Positions 35,936-49,092 of a stretch of DNA of 64,000 nt are shown one piece after another. A program made the translations under genes and the position numbers. The notes under the pieces are model-generated. The model was given only the letters and a program-made list of their open reading frames with translations. It did no database searches and was not told the DNA's origin. How positions within the stretch are numbered: position 1 is the first letter of the stretch; every line of letters begins with the position of its first letter. The DNA is taken from assembly GCA_025603075.1 (NCBI GenBank), contig MU626258.1:11457-75456 (forward strand), in the 5' to 3' direction. The DNA comes from Neoconidiobolus thromboides FSU 785. Taxonomy: Eukaryota; Fungi; Entomophthoromycota.

Positions 35936-37300
35936 GTTTTATATCTTTATATAATTCAAAACTTATAATTAGTATGCTTAGAGTTATTATCCTTTAATAG
36001 TTTTTCTTTCTATTAATTAGAAAATTCAATAACTAACTGAAATCTTTATAAATTATAACTAAAATTAATCCATAGTTTATGTTGGTAAACATTCATATAA
36101 TACAACTTCATTTTGTCTTCGTTAATGTCATTAATTTTACGTTTATTAAGATGTTTGGGAGCTTTCTAAATCTTCTAGAAATATAGAAGACTACTTTTTT
36201 AATTATAAATAATACTTTATTTCTATTTCAACATTTGAGTAAAAGCATAGAGGTCAGTGATCACTAACATATAGTAAAGGCTTTAAATTTTAATATTGTG
36301 ACTTTACGAATATATTTTAAAGATTTACTACCTTTCATTACTTACTAGTTAGTAATAGAAAAATCTGTAAACTAATACAATAAAAGTTGCTAGTTTAGAG
36401 TAGAATTTTACAAATAATCTAAAAATCAAAACTTTTTAGATAAATGAGAACAGAATCTTCTTAACTAGTATTTTAGCGAAATTTAAACTGAGTAGGAAAT
36501 AAGCATAGAAATAATAAAAAAACAAATAAAGAAATTAATTAAAATTTATATACATAATAAATAATTTAATAATAAAAATGATGTGAATTTATAATAAGGA
36601 AATAGTGTTTTAAATTGGTAAATTTATTTATATAAAGGGAAAAAAGGGAGATCGGATACTCCGATAATCAGAATAGAACAAAATATATTAGCTCCCAACA
36701 AGATATTAATAAATTCTTTAAAATACTGGGTTTTTTGAAACTCTTATTACATAGATGTATTAAATTTATTAAAAAATCAATTTACCAGTGAAAAGGAGAA
36801 AACTTAGTTATGATTACCATCCACATAAATAAGAGGTAAGTTTAATTTATAGTAAAATTTATTTTCTACTAAAACTAAAATTTAGCAATGTTGAGAAAAA
36901 AATAGCGCGCTATGAAATTGAAATTTAATAAATGATCTTGTCATTAGGTTCTAAATTTATTGTTATGACTAAAGTCAAATGAAAACTAAGGGTCCATGGG
37001 GTTTCCATTGAGGTAAGAATAACGATACAATAAAGCATTTTAAAAAAATAACTCTAAACCATAAATATACTTATGGTTAAGGCTATTATACCTCATTCTA
37101 AATATAAACTAATGGTCATCATATGGAAGAGTAATATGTCATTACTTCAAACCACTAAAAGTATGGAAATAAAGCGTCACCATAATATTTAAAATTTCTT
37201 TATAAAGAAAGATGCTAAAATGTAATATTCATTGAAGTATAAAAGCTAACATTAAGTTATTTAATGGATCATTATCCTTTTTTATTTGAAATTTTATATA

Positions 37301-37936
37301 ATGAAATTAAATACTGTAGTATATTCTTTATTGGCTTTATGTGTAACATCACATATGGAAATCCAAAGCCCTGCTCCACGTCGTTCTCAATACAGTAGTT
37401 ATTATCAATCAAAAGATGATGTTGATTGGGATTTAAATGCCCCACATGGTACCTCAGATCATTTCGATTACCCGTTTCCATGTAAAGGAGCTAAACAAGG
37501 CCCAGCACAAGCCACTTATGCAGCCGGTTCAACTATTAATGTTCAATTTGCTGATGTTGCTGGCGCTAATAAACATGATGGTGGCCATTGCCAATTCGGT
37601 ATTTCTTATGATAATGCTAAAACTATTGTTGTATTAAAAACGGTTATACGTGAATGCTTTAGACAAGGTATCACTTTCCCAGTAACTATTCCAGCGGATG
37701 CACCACCTGCAAATAACGCAGTTTTAACATGGACATGGATTAATGCTATTGGTAATCGAGAATATTATATGAATTGTGTAGATATCAAAATCACTGGTGG
37801 TAAGGTTGGAGGCTCCATCACTGGGCCCCAAAATCTGGTGGGTAATTTACCAGGTTATCCTTTATTCCCTGAATTTTATCAAGGTGATCGTAGGGAGCTC
37901 TTTGACAAACGTCCTATTATTACTATTAAACCTTGA
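37301..37936 (+). CDS. Secreted AA11-type LPMO, copy 4 (inverted, ~11 kb from the tandem trio)
   Basis: ATG at 37301 (MKLNTVV...); His1, HDGGHCQ, WTWINAIGNREYYMNC. Confidence 0.85.
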   Translation: MKLNTVVYSLLALCVTSHMEIQSPAPRRSQYSSYYQSKDDVDWDLNAPHGTSDHFDYPFPCKGAKQGPAQATYAAGSTINVQFADVAGANKHDGGHCQFGISYDNAKTIVVLKTVIRECFRQGITFPVTIPADAPPANNAVLTWTWINAIGNREYYMNCVDIKITGGKVGGSITGPQNLVGNLPGYPLFPEFYQGDRRELFDKRPIITIKP

Positions 37937-38163
37937 ATTAAATAGGTTTAAATTTGTGTAGACTTTTTATTAAACTTAAGTTTATTATTAAATGTACAGT
38001 TGTAAAATGCCTTAAAGTTTAACAGACGAAAAGGTATTCAGTCGTTATAAACACAACTCTGTATAAGACAAAAAAAATAGCTTTTTAAAAGAAAACTTCT
38101 GGATACCTGTTTGTTTGTTTTTGAAATAATTTAGTATAATGCCTCTTCGGAAACTTTCTACTA

Positions 38164-38271
38164 ATATAGGGGTGTTTTTTTTGGCTTCATTACTTTTTCC
38201 ATCTTTTAAGCGCTATTTTAGTAGAAAAATTGTTAGTAAAATCCTTAAATACGAAAATACATCCCCATATA
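38164..38271 (-). mobile_element. MITE family A copy (reverse)
   Basis: ATATAGGGGTGTTTTTTTTGG...AAAATACATCCCCATATA. Confidence 0.85.
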
Positions 38272-40053
38272 CTTTTTGTTATCCTTTTTTATACTCACTT
38301 TGATATGTTTGTGCTTTTTATAATAGCAAGCTCTTATAGAGTTATATATATGTAACTGTTAATATATTTCACTATATTAACAAACTTTTAATTTTTAATA
38401 TAAAAATAAAAACATACTAAAGACTGTTATCACAGTTATATTACTGCACTTATATGTAAATGTTGTATGCTATTGATTAAGTTTAGTTTTTTATAAGGCA
38501 CTATTTTGCGAATTTCTATTTAGTATTTGGAAATTATAAATAATAATCTAATTAAATGTTATAAAGGCCTTGAATTTTGAATTAATTTTTATTCTAAATA
38601 AATTAAATAATCACAATACAATAGAAAGTTATCGTTTAAGTTATGATATTGATTTAGTCTATTGAAGTGCTAAAAACCTGTATATCGCTATTAACTACCT
38701 TTTTTTAAAATTTTTACATTCTTTTTAAAGCATCGAATTGGATAATGATAAAATAACTTATAATGTTATGTTTTACTTGCTTTGTTATTAAAATGAGTAT
38801 TTCCTTAAGAAGATTTGAAATATTTTGAAAACACGTTATTTTTATTTAAATTGTGAGATTATTAAGTTGTTATTTACAGCTACAACTTTACTGCGACCTG
38901 ATTTGCGGTAACTTCTAGAATAAATAATTTATTTATTTGGCTTTTTTAAAGCCTAGTCTGTAAATTTTAGTAAACTTTGTTCTCAAGTGAACAGTTAGAT
39001 AAATCTTAATAAAGTTGAAACAGCCGGAATATCTGAGTTCGAAATTAATTGCCATTATTAAATATCATAATTGAGTTTTAAATTTTAATCCCTTTCAAAA
39101 TCTCAAATCTTGTTTATAATCATAATATAATCAAACTCTGTAGATACTCGAACATCGATAATTCTAGTTGCTCTTTTGATATCTATATATACTATTAGAT
39201 ATTCAACTCATGCTAAAATTATAATTTATTTAGCTTTATTAAATTAAACATTTTCATTTAATAAATTTTTACTAAATAAAACCTAAGAACTAAAATATTT
39301 GAGCTTTAATTTTTTAAGTACCCCATAACACACATGTAGTCAGTTTATGCAAAATTTGAAGCATTTCCCATGTGTTCAGTCTAAATTATTGGCCTAAATT
39401 ATCGCAGCAAAGATGCTGTTCGCTTGGTAAAAAGTTTAGATTTAATTGGATTAAACTTTAACTGGAGACAATTAGACTGTCGTTTATTAGCTAGAATCAC
39501 TAAAGTTTAAAACAACGCTTAGTTACAATGTCCAATCATAAAGGCCACCTTATTATATCACTAAAATCCGACAACCTAATTCGTTGAAGTAAAGGCCTTC
39601 CCATGCTTAGCCTACCCCCTGTTTACAAAATCAACTATGAATTTCGGTTTTTGCTCCAAATTTAAAGGGCAATAATAAACCAAATTTAAAAAAGCACTGC
39701 TTACAATATTGCGTCAAAAAAAAAGTTGTTGTGTGATTTTAATTTTAAGCCATTTCAATAAATTTTGCCCACCGCTAACTTTTAGCTAATCAAAGCTTCA
39801 ACTTTTGGTTTAAGGTTTTATGATTGATCATTTATGCTTTCATCAAGCTTTTTTTTTAAAATTCATTTTACCTTTTTAATTTACTTTACAACATAAACCA
39901 CTTATAAAAAATTTAAAACTTAATTCTGTTCTGATTTGATTTGTATTTGACTTGCTTTAATTTTACAGTTAACTTATTTCACACTTATTTTAATTACACC
40001 AACATATATTCAACTTCATAAGCACCACACCTAAATATTTAAAGTCTTGTAAT

Positions 40054-42672
40054 ATGTCACAATTTCGAAAAGAGGCTTGGTCTATGAAATACAATTTTGA
40101 AAGGAATTACGAGATTCAAGACGAGATCGGACGAGGTAGCTTTGCTACGGTTCGCCGGGGATATAATCTAGTAGCTATTATTTGATTTAGCCAAAATTTA
40201 TTTTAACTTAAAATTTTAGAAAACAAATGAACAGGTTGCTGTGAAAATAATACACAAAAACAAGCTTGAAGGCAAAATAAAACAAAGTATGGAAGACGAA
40301 ATAATGATTTTAAAAAAACTTAAGCATCCTAATATCGTCTCACTAATCGAAGTTGAGGTATTTAATTTATCCGTTATAAATGATAAAGGTTAAATTAGGA
40401 TTTAGAGACGTGATAACGAAATACTTATAATAATGGAACTCTGCGCCTTAGGCGATTTGTCAGATTACATAAAGAAAGGAAAAAAACAAATAGGAACAAA
40501 AGGTCCTGGAGGCGGCCTTAATGAAATAATTTTTAGGCATTTTTTAAAACAATTAGGTAGGACTAATTAAAATTTATTATTTAAATTCTAAAATCATAAT
40601 AGCTTCTGCATTCAGATTTCTTAGGAAAAATAGTCTAATACATAGAGATTTAAAGCCTCAAGTAATTTAACATTATTTTGATATTTCTTTCCTCTTATGT
40701 TTTTTAGAATATATTGTTATCTCCTCCGAAAGAAGAATTATTTAATCACGATTCTACAGAGGCATCCAATCTAATAAACTCACTCCCTCAATTGAAAGTT
40801 GGTGACTTTGGATTTGCAAAATATCTACCAACTCAATCTATGACAGATACTGTATGTGGATCACCACTATATATGGCACCTGAAGTTCTTTTAGGATTTA
40901 GTTATGATGCTTCAGCAGATCTTTGGAGTATTGGAGCAGTTTTATATGAAATGATAACAGGTGGACCACCTTTTAGTGCGAAAGGAACAAGTGATTTACT
41001 CAGGGTGATAAAAAATGGAAAAAATATTATTAACTTCCCTGGAGAAAAGCTTACTGATAACGTTACCAGTTTTACGCGCCCTAGGCAAACAATACCGGAA
41101 GATATAAAATCTTTAATTCGTTCACTATTAATCCAAGAACCCGAAAATAGGATAAGTTTTTCTAATTTTTTTGAACATCCTGCTGTGCAAAGAACAATAA
41201 TAGAACCACCACCAATAATAAATGAAGAGTTGTTCTCTATAAGGCGTCCTGATAACAGTAAGATTTTTGTTTATATCATTTAAAAAATATTTATTTCATT
41301 TAGAAGAAATGGAGCAAGCATCTTATAGCCATTTAATTGATTTCGCTGGATCGAATTTAAGGAAAAGCTCATCATTATCTTTCCTTAATGGGGACAATAA
41401 AAAGGATAAGGCTGTAACAGATAAGAGAATGCCTACACATTTGCGCACAAATTCAAACCTTAGTAACGAGATACATCTTAGGCAAGAAAAAATAAATGAA
41501 CAAGAAGACGAAGATTTTGACAATGATTATGTTCTAATTGAAACTGAGAACGATCTTAGGAATCTAAAAATAAACTCTTCGGAAGCTCAAAAAAGAAGCA
41601 ACCCTGTTAGGATACAGAATCAAAACGGCGTTCGAAAATTCAGTAATGGCGACACACTAAACTCTGGTTCTCCAAAAGAAATAAATGAAAAGGAGTCGGT
41701 TCCAAGGTTTATACCTGGCTCAAATGGTAAAAATGAGGGGTCTAATCCCGAAAATGGTTGGACAGTTGGGTCCAACGCGGCTACAGCGTTAGCCAAAGCG
41801 ATAAGCTTGGCATCTTTAAAATTATTTGGAAGCAAAGGGTTATCTCCTCCAAACGCCCAGTACAGGTCCGATTCAGATAAAGTATTTTTTCCTTTGAGCT
41901 ATGAACCAAGTAATTCTAGTGAGGAAAAGGCTCTAAAAGAAGTTCAACAGTTAGCTTGTCAATCTTATTCAGTAGTGAGTATTGCAGATATTAAATTGGA
42001 AAAATTGAAGTTAAAAAACAGTGAATCTTCAGATGGTCAAAAACAAAAAAATAACTCTGAGCCACAGGATTCAGAAGCAAACTTGGGTACAGGAAAATTA
42101 GCTTATGAGGCTTATTTATTATACTCTAAATCACTGTCAATGTTAGAGGAAGCGTATGAAAAAATGACTGACTATTGGAAAGAGATCATCAATCCCAAGA
42201 ACGAAAAACGTAAGCCCAACCCCCCACGGCTTACTGAAAGAGTAGATTGGCTTAATGTAAAAATTAAAGATTGCATGGAAAAAATAGAGTTCATTCAGCC
42301 CTTCCTTGATGAAGATTCCTTAAAAACAAAAAATACCAACACTGATAAGTTGATATTAAAGCATGCTTGCGAGGTAGTAAGTAACCTGTTAATTTTTTAC
42401 TTTTAAATCTAATTTTATTTTTAGGGTCGAGAAGCGGCTGTCAGAGAAATGGTAAATGATGATAGTCGAAGTAATGAGTCAAGTTTTAGAACTGCGATTT
42501 GGATGCTACAAGCTATCCAATTTAGGACACCACAGGATGGTGCACTATCACCAGAAGATCTTTTAAAAGTGGAAACAAGTAAATTTTAAGTTATATTTTA
42601 GTTGCTTATTTTAATACTATTTTAGCACTTAAAAAATTTGAACAGTTAGAGCTATTGCGTAAAAAAGAGTGA
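40054..42672 (+). CDS. ATG1: Autophagy Ser/Thr kinase Atg1/ULK, multi-exon
   Basis: [20 protein letters not shown]|[24 protein letters not shown]; AIM-like DYVLIE; ALAKAIS motif and C-terminal MIT-like region. Confidence 0.93.
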
Positions 42673-43378
42673 AATAATAGAACTGAGATAGTTTATTAAA
42701 TATTTATCCTGGAGCGGGGAAGAAGATAAAAGTGTGGTTCTTTTGTTTCTGGTAGTCATAAGGTAGATGGCCTTATCATATTTTCTTTGAAATTTATTTT
42801 ATATTGTATAATTATTTTATTCTTTACATCATTTCATACTTTTGTTAAAATGTATTCTTATTTGCTTTACAGATTTTATTTTATATTTAATTTTTTGTTT
42901 TTGTGCATTCATTATCTACATTAATAAACTAATCATTAATTATTTTCTTATAAGCTTATTTATATGATTTATAATATACTTATGTTATTATTTTATCTTT
43001 GTGACTATATTAAACTCAAGCATCCTTGCTTCTAAAATAACATCAATTAGTCGTCCTTTTTATATTATTGTTTTAACAAACTACATGATCATCACTAATT
43101 AAGGATATAATTTTTAAAACTAGTATTTTAATATAAATACATAAAATTGAATCAGATTAATTTTAAGTTAATTTACAAATATCAAAAGTGTGACTGTTAA
43201 ATATCCCTTAATGCAATAATTTCAGATTCCTGAATTTTTTTTTGATTTTATTAAAAAAATAGAAAACTGGTAAGTTCCTAGATGCTTTATTTCTAATGAT
43301 AAAGTTTAATATTTGAAAGAGAGTGAGCAATGAAAGTAAGTAGTGGTAAATGAGGTATGTATATCTATATAGTATTTT

Positions 43379-43485
43379 TATAGGGGGATGTATTTTTGTA
43401 TTTAAAAATTTTACTAATAATTTTTTCACTCAAATAGCGCTTAAAAGATGGAAAAAGTAATGAAGCCAAAAAAACACTCCCATAT
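43379..43485 (+). mobile_element. MITE family A copy
   Basis: TATAGGGGGATGTATTTTTG...CAAAAAAACACTCCCATAT. Confidence 0.85.
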
Positions 43486-45055
43486 GGTATTTGTTATTTC
43501 AGATTTAAGAAAGGAAAATACTTTGTTATAAACTTTAAGCTTAAATTAGATAATACTTTTGAAAATATAATATAATAAACATACTCCTAAATATATTTTA
43601 AATATGTTTTACATCCTCAAAAGGTTATATCTGTAGTATTAAATATAGAAAACCTCTATAAAGTAAATTACAATAGGATTATGCTTAAGCTATAGTTAAG
43701 ATCTCTATTGAGTTGTCGAAGCAATTAAAAGCATAAATATGATAAATTAAAATAGATAGTTACTATGTAAAATTAATTTATTATAATGCGTTTATAGTCT
43801 TAAATACTTTTATATAATACTTAGAAGCTAAAAGCTAAAAGCCGAAGTTGCTTGTTTGAACTTTGAAAAAGCGTAAAAGAATAAAATATTAAAGAATGTA
43901 TCGTGAATAATTATGTGAGAGTAGATTACAAGAGTACCAGTCAAGTAATTGAAGTCTTCCCGAATTATAAATTTTCCGCTTTATAGAAGAATATATTATA
44001 AAAAACTAAAGCATTTTAGTCTTTAATTAAATGTTTCAATAAAGAAAATATTAATTCTAGGTAATTAGTTAAAGTTACTTTTTAATAAATTATGTAATTT
44101 GTTCAGAAAGCCATTATTTAAAAATAAGCTACTTATTTTAGTTACTAAACTAGAGTAAAGTATAATTTTAAAATAATGGATTTTTTATTCATTCTTGAAA
44201 TGTGTATTTAATACTAAAGCAGTTATTTTTAAGCTATTATATTTTAAATTTAACTACAATCTAATATTTTTAATATGACTTATAATCATAATTAAATCGG
44301 TTAACATCACTTTAATTTATTAACTTTTAATAAAACATTTGTCCTTATATTCGAGATTTAAAATAATATTTAATTGTCTAAAAAATAATATACTTAGCGT
44401 GATTTGAGGCAATAAAAATTAAAGTAGTATTTTTTTGAAGAAATTAAAATGGCTAGCTCAAATTATATTAGAAAAACAACTAATAGATAGTTAAATATCT
44501 TTAGCATGATTATTAATTTTAAGATTTTAATGTATATTAATTTTTTGTTAATTTTCAAGTTACTACACAATATTAATTTAAATTCTAAAACATTCTTCCT
44601 AAAAATGTTCTTTATGATTCAAATAGTAACAATCTTATTATTATGATCGAGTTTATTTTACGATTTGTTTTATCTCTTATCTTTTAACAAGGAATTTCGG
44701 CTTTGTATCTTTGAAGACTATCAAATATATTAATATGGATATCAATTTTTTTAACATTATTATTTTTCATTTAATATATTTTGATTTTCAATGAGGATCA
44801 ATTTTTATATGTAAGACATTTTGATCCTTTTTTCCAAATTGAAATTTAAGGGATACGTTGCTTGGAAAACGTGATCCTATTTCCGCTAAATTTAACCCAT
44901 AAACTACCAAATTTATAATAAAAAATTCATTATTCTCATTATTATATTAGGGAGCATTTATTTTAAGTTTACAGTGTTCAGAGGGGCATTATTATAATAA
45001 TAGTTTTTTTGGGTTAGCTGAATTCAAAATAGACAAGGAATAATTTAGACCATAG

Positions 45056-45343
45056 TTATTCCAGTGAGTTGGGTACATAATCATTATAATGGCGCAAAGT
45101 GTCACCTTTGTTAGTGGAGTCTAAATGAATTGAAGAAGGGGAAACCTTAGAACTTCCAATAGAAATAAAGCTATAAGTTAAAGTTGGGGAAGGGGTAATC
45201 GAACTGATAGGTGAATGTATGGTAAAAGTAGATGGCAATAGGGAAGGTAATTCATCACTCTTACGACATTTTTCACTACAGTAAAGATCGGTATCTGAGA
45301 AATCGATATGTTGGCCGCATATGGTACACCAATTTGTATCCAT
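45056..45343 (-). CDS. ECL1: Ecl1/2/3 family zinc-binding protein
   Basis: Probable true start is MDTNWCTICGQHI...LYCSEKCRKSD (CxxC...YCSxxC), followed by a Ser/Pro-rich tail. Confidence 0.8.
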   Translation of the reverse strand: MDTNWCTICGQHIDFSDTDLYCSEKCRKSDELPSLLPSTFTIHSPISSITPSPTLTYSFISIGSSKVSPSSIHLDSTNKGDTLRHYNDYVPNSLE

Positions 45344-46459
45344 AATATTAACTAGTATTACAGTCGAAAAAAGTTTGTTTGAATGTAATGAGGTTGAAAT
45401 AAAACGCTTCCACCTCAATTTAATAAAAATAGTAAAGATGAAACTTTTCTTTCAGTTAAGTTTTAAGTAGAAAAAGATGATTAAGTGAGGAGAATGTTTA
45501 TCTCTCTTATATTTATCCTCTTTTTGCATTTTTTGTATTTGTGATGATTCATGTTTTCTTTCAATTGATTTTACGCGTGGTTTATTATGAAAATCATTAT
45601 TAAAATGGAGAGTTTTTGATCATTTCTACTAAATATGATGAACATTTTTATCATAATTACTCTAACTGTTAATTTAAAAATCAGTCCTCAAAAAAATTAG
45701 AAGGAAACTCCTTTGATAATTTTATTAACCTATTTCCTTATTTGCTTAATTGCCTTTTTACCCTATTAAATTAATCAAAGTTATCTAACTGTATTTTATT
45801 GGACCCATTGTTTTATATCTCCTTTTATTGGTATAAAGATAAGCTATGTTTAGGAGAAATATTGAAATAAGGCCGCTAAATTGGCCCATTTGTAGCTAAA
45901 AGATTAAATTATTATACTTGATAACATAATTAAATAATAAATTTTAATGAAACTAAAATTTCAAAATAAAATTTATTAATTGTTATTATTTTCTCTTATC
46001 TTATACCTTGATATTTGATAATATAATTTATTATTATTATCTTATCAAGGTGAAATGCTGCATAAATGGAATAAAACTCTGTATCCTTTAATTTATTTGA
46101 TTATTAAAATAGAGAGCTAACAGCTAAAATTATGATCTAAATTGTAGTTTCAAAATTTAATTTATTGGAACTTTGAAATTAATAAGATTAGCCAAAATTA
46201 AAAAATAGTATATAATTTTTAACAAATATTAACAAAATAAATTAAAATTTTATAATCATGTCACCGTTTGATCTGACTGCGTGTTATTACTAGAGTTTGT
46301 AATTATAATCCTAAAGTAATAAACTACTTTGATTATTAAATAGGCGGTTAAAATACACTATTAAAATAAGAGAATTGATCATATAAGCCTATAATTGATA
46401 TTTTTATTTTATAATTTAAAGTAATCTAAATTCAAAATAACATACCAAAGTTAAATTAA

Positions 46460-46568
46460 TATATGGGGATATATTTTTTTGTTTAATAGTTTTACTAACA
46501 ATTTTTTCGCTCAAATAGCATTTGAAAAATGGAAAAAGTGATGAAACCAGAAAAAATACCTCCATATA
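46460..46568 (+). mobile_element. MITE family A copy
   Basis: TATATGGGGATATATTTTTTTG...GAAAAAATACCTCCATATA. Confidence 0.85.
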
Positions 46569-46690
46569 ATCTATATGTCTAATTTAAAGATTAAAAGATG
46601 AATTTACTTTTATACATTAAATAAAAATAGTTATAACAGACAATTGACCAAATTGCTCTTTTAATTGTAAGCTTCAAATTAGTATACTCT

Positions 46691-47410
46691 TCACCATGTC
46701 CTTCTTAATGTTGGCGTTAAATAATTTTTATGCTTGGAATAAGTAGCAGTATAATTTCCAAACGACTTGCTTGCTTTTTCAAATGCATCATCTGTTTTTT
46801 GTTTAAAATGTTGTTCTACAGTTCTATCATTCCTTACCTTTAAACATTAATAAATATATAGTTTTCAAAATAGAATCGTTTACATCATTATTGCCCAAAG
46901 AAATAATTTTCCGGGAGGCTGCTATATGTTGTGTGAATGGGCCGTCGTCATCTTCACTCTTTCTAATTTATTTAATCATTCTCTTTTATATGATAATGAG
47001 CTCACTTGTTTTGCTGGCATATGGAGGCCCATATGTTTTCAGTTGTTGCTTTGTTACCTTGACTAAACTTAGTATCTTGAGATCTATGTCCATTACTATA
47101 GCCTTCGCTGCTGTTAGCATCAAAAGACTTTGAGCCATATCCCCTCCCATTACGAAGGCTAGAAACAATAAGTTTATGATGATAAAATGTTTAATGTTTC
47201 TTACTGTCCGAGATTATAATTTTGATTATATTCTTGAATATAATTTATATCTGAACTAAATCTTTGATCTTCAAAAATAATTACACATTCAAATAAAAAC
47301 TAATTTAAATTACCTGTTCTACTTCTATTAAAATCTCTCCTGTCTTCATATTTTGAATTACTTCTATTTCCTCGATAATTCATTTCATCTTTATTTCTAT
47401 TTGACATCAT
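46691..47410 (-). CDS. Hypothetical protein, about 5 exons, hydrophilic N/R/S/G-rich
   Basis: Manual splicing at GT..AG sites gives a continuous frame MMSNRNKDE...ENIWASICQQN...YLTPTLRRTW*. No family recognised. Confidence 0.5.
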
Positions 47411-47849
47411 TTAGTTTGATGTTAAATGTAGATTGCTTTTTTAACTATGCTTAATTTTGGTCTTCTTTTTCAAAAATAAATGAACTTTTATAACTAACCA
47501 AATCCTTTATCAATTTCAAAAATACCTTATAACTTTTATAAATTTATTTTAACAAATTGATATAATCTTGTATCAACTCGTTGATGAAAAGGTAACTTTG
47601 ATTATGATTATTGATCAATTTCAGTGGTACCAATAAACGGTTGTTTATTAAATAAATCAACTTTGATTTTGATGTAATTTATTCAAAGAACAAACTCACT
47701 ATTGTCAATAAATCTAATATTCTTATATCCTAAGAATTGATTTTAAAAAAGATTATAGCCAATCAGCATTGATATTTATTTAGTTTCCATAATTTGAAGT
47801 TCAAGTTCGGATCAAATCACTAAGTTTTATTCAATTTATAGATTTTCGA

Positions 47850-48563
47850 ATGTTTAAAAATACCTCATTTAAGTTAATAAAATATTCAACTAGATCCATA
47901 TCAACTAGTACAATAGCTAGATCCCATATTGGGAAAGCTCCATTATACTTCTCCAAAGATGTATCTCTAGAAATGAAGGTTGAAGATAGTATTCCAAGCC
48001 CACTTATTGACTTTTATAACTCCAACAATCTTGATGCTTTAAGAGAAGGAAAAGAAACTGAATTATTAATCAAAGGCCCATTAGGTCAGAAAAATGTTAA
48101 AATTCATCCATTCGTCAATTTAAATGTCGAAAAAGAGCTTACTGAAGCTGGTAATAAGGTACTTAATGTTCGTGTATTAGACTCAAAACAAAGCAAGCAA
48201 AAAGCAATGTGGGGTACAACACGTTCCCTTATTAATAACGCAATTGTTGGTGTTACAGAAGGATTTACACTTCCGCTTCGTCTCTCTGGTGTTGGTTATC
48301 GTGCTGCTTTAGAAGAAAATAACACTAAAATAGGATTAAAACTTGGGTACTCTCATCCAATCTCAGTAGAAATACCTGATGGTATAACAGTTACTATTCC
48401 ACAACCTACGAAGATTATACTTTATGGAATTGATAAACAACAATTAGGACAATTCGCAGCTACCATTCGTCGCTGGCGTGAACCTGAACCTTATAAGTTA
48501 AAGGGTATCTTTGTTGGTGATGAAGTCATTAAACAAAAGGAAATGAAGAAGAAGCAAAAATAA
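47850..48563 (+). CDS. MRPL6: Mitochondrial ribosomal protein uL6m
   Basis: SHIGKAP, KGPLG, AMWGTTRSLINN, GVGYRA, LGYSHP and REPEPYKLKGIF motifs. Confidence 0.95.
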   Translation: MFKNTSFKLIKYSTRSISTSTIARSHIGKAPLYFSKDVSLEMKVEDSIPSPLIDFYNSNNLDALREGKETELLIKGPLGQKNVKIHPFVNLNVEKELTEAGNKVLNVRVLDSKQSKQKAMWGTTRSLINNAIVGVTEGFTLPLRLSGVGYRAALEENNTKIGLKLGYSHPISVEIPDGITVTIPQPTKIILYGIDKQQLGQFAATIRRWREPEPYKLKGIFVGDEVIKQKEMKKKQK

Positions 48564-49092
48564 ATAGTTAGAAGTATTCTACTCATAATACATGAAATGA
48601 TTTTAAACCATTATAATCTTTTAAACTTAGGTCTTGACTTACGTTTGAGGATCACATAGATTATTGAATAAAATTTGTTTAAAAATAGTTTACTTAAGCT
48701 TTACTGTTACATATATAATTTCATACAATTATATATAAAGATATTAGTTCAAATACTGGGATTTTATAATAGATTGTCCTTTAGATTAATAAGTATTTAT
48801 TCATATATAATTTTTATAAGACATTGCTAAGCACAATGTCAAATGTATACTTTAAAATATACACTTGATCGTCGTAGTCCTTAAAATCAATATGGTTTAA
48901 GGACCCTGTTATAATTATTAAAGTTAATAATGGAGTTTATTAGACATAACCAAATATAATGTTTAATAAATAAATAGAAACGAAATAATCTAATTTAAAT
49001 CTTCTTTAATATAAATTGTAATAAAAAAGGGAAGATAGTAACACAATATTATTGTAACAAAAATAAAAGGATGAGCTATCAGATTAAGTAAA

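Noticed and set aside
24097-37637. Alternative-frame ORFs inside LPMO genes (24097, 24137, 26114, 37272, 37437)
   Set aside because: They recur only because the host genes are paralogous.
41323-41835. Antisense ORFs within ATG1
   Set aside because: Shadow frames.
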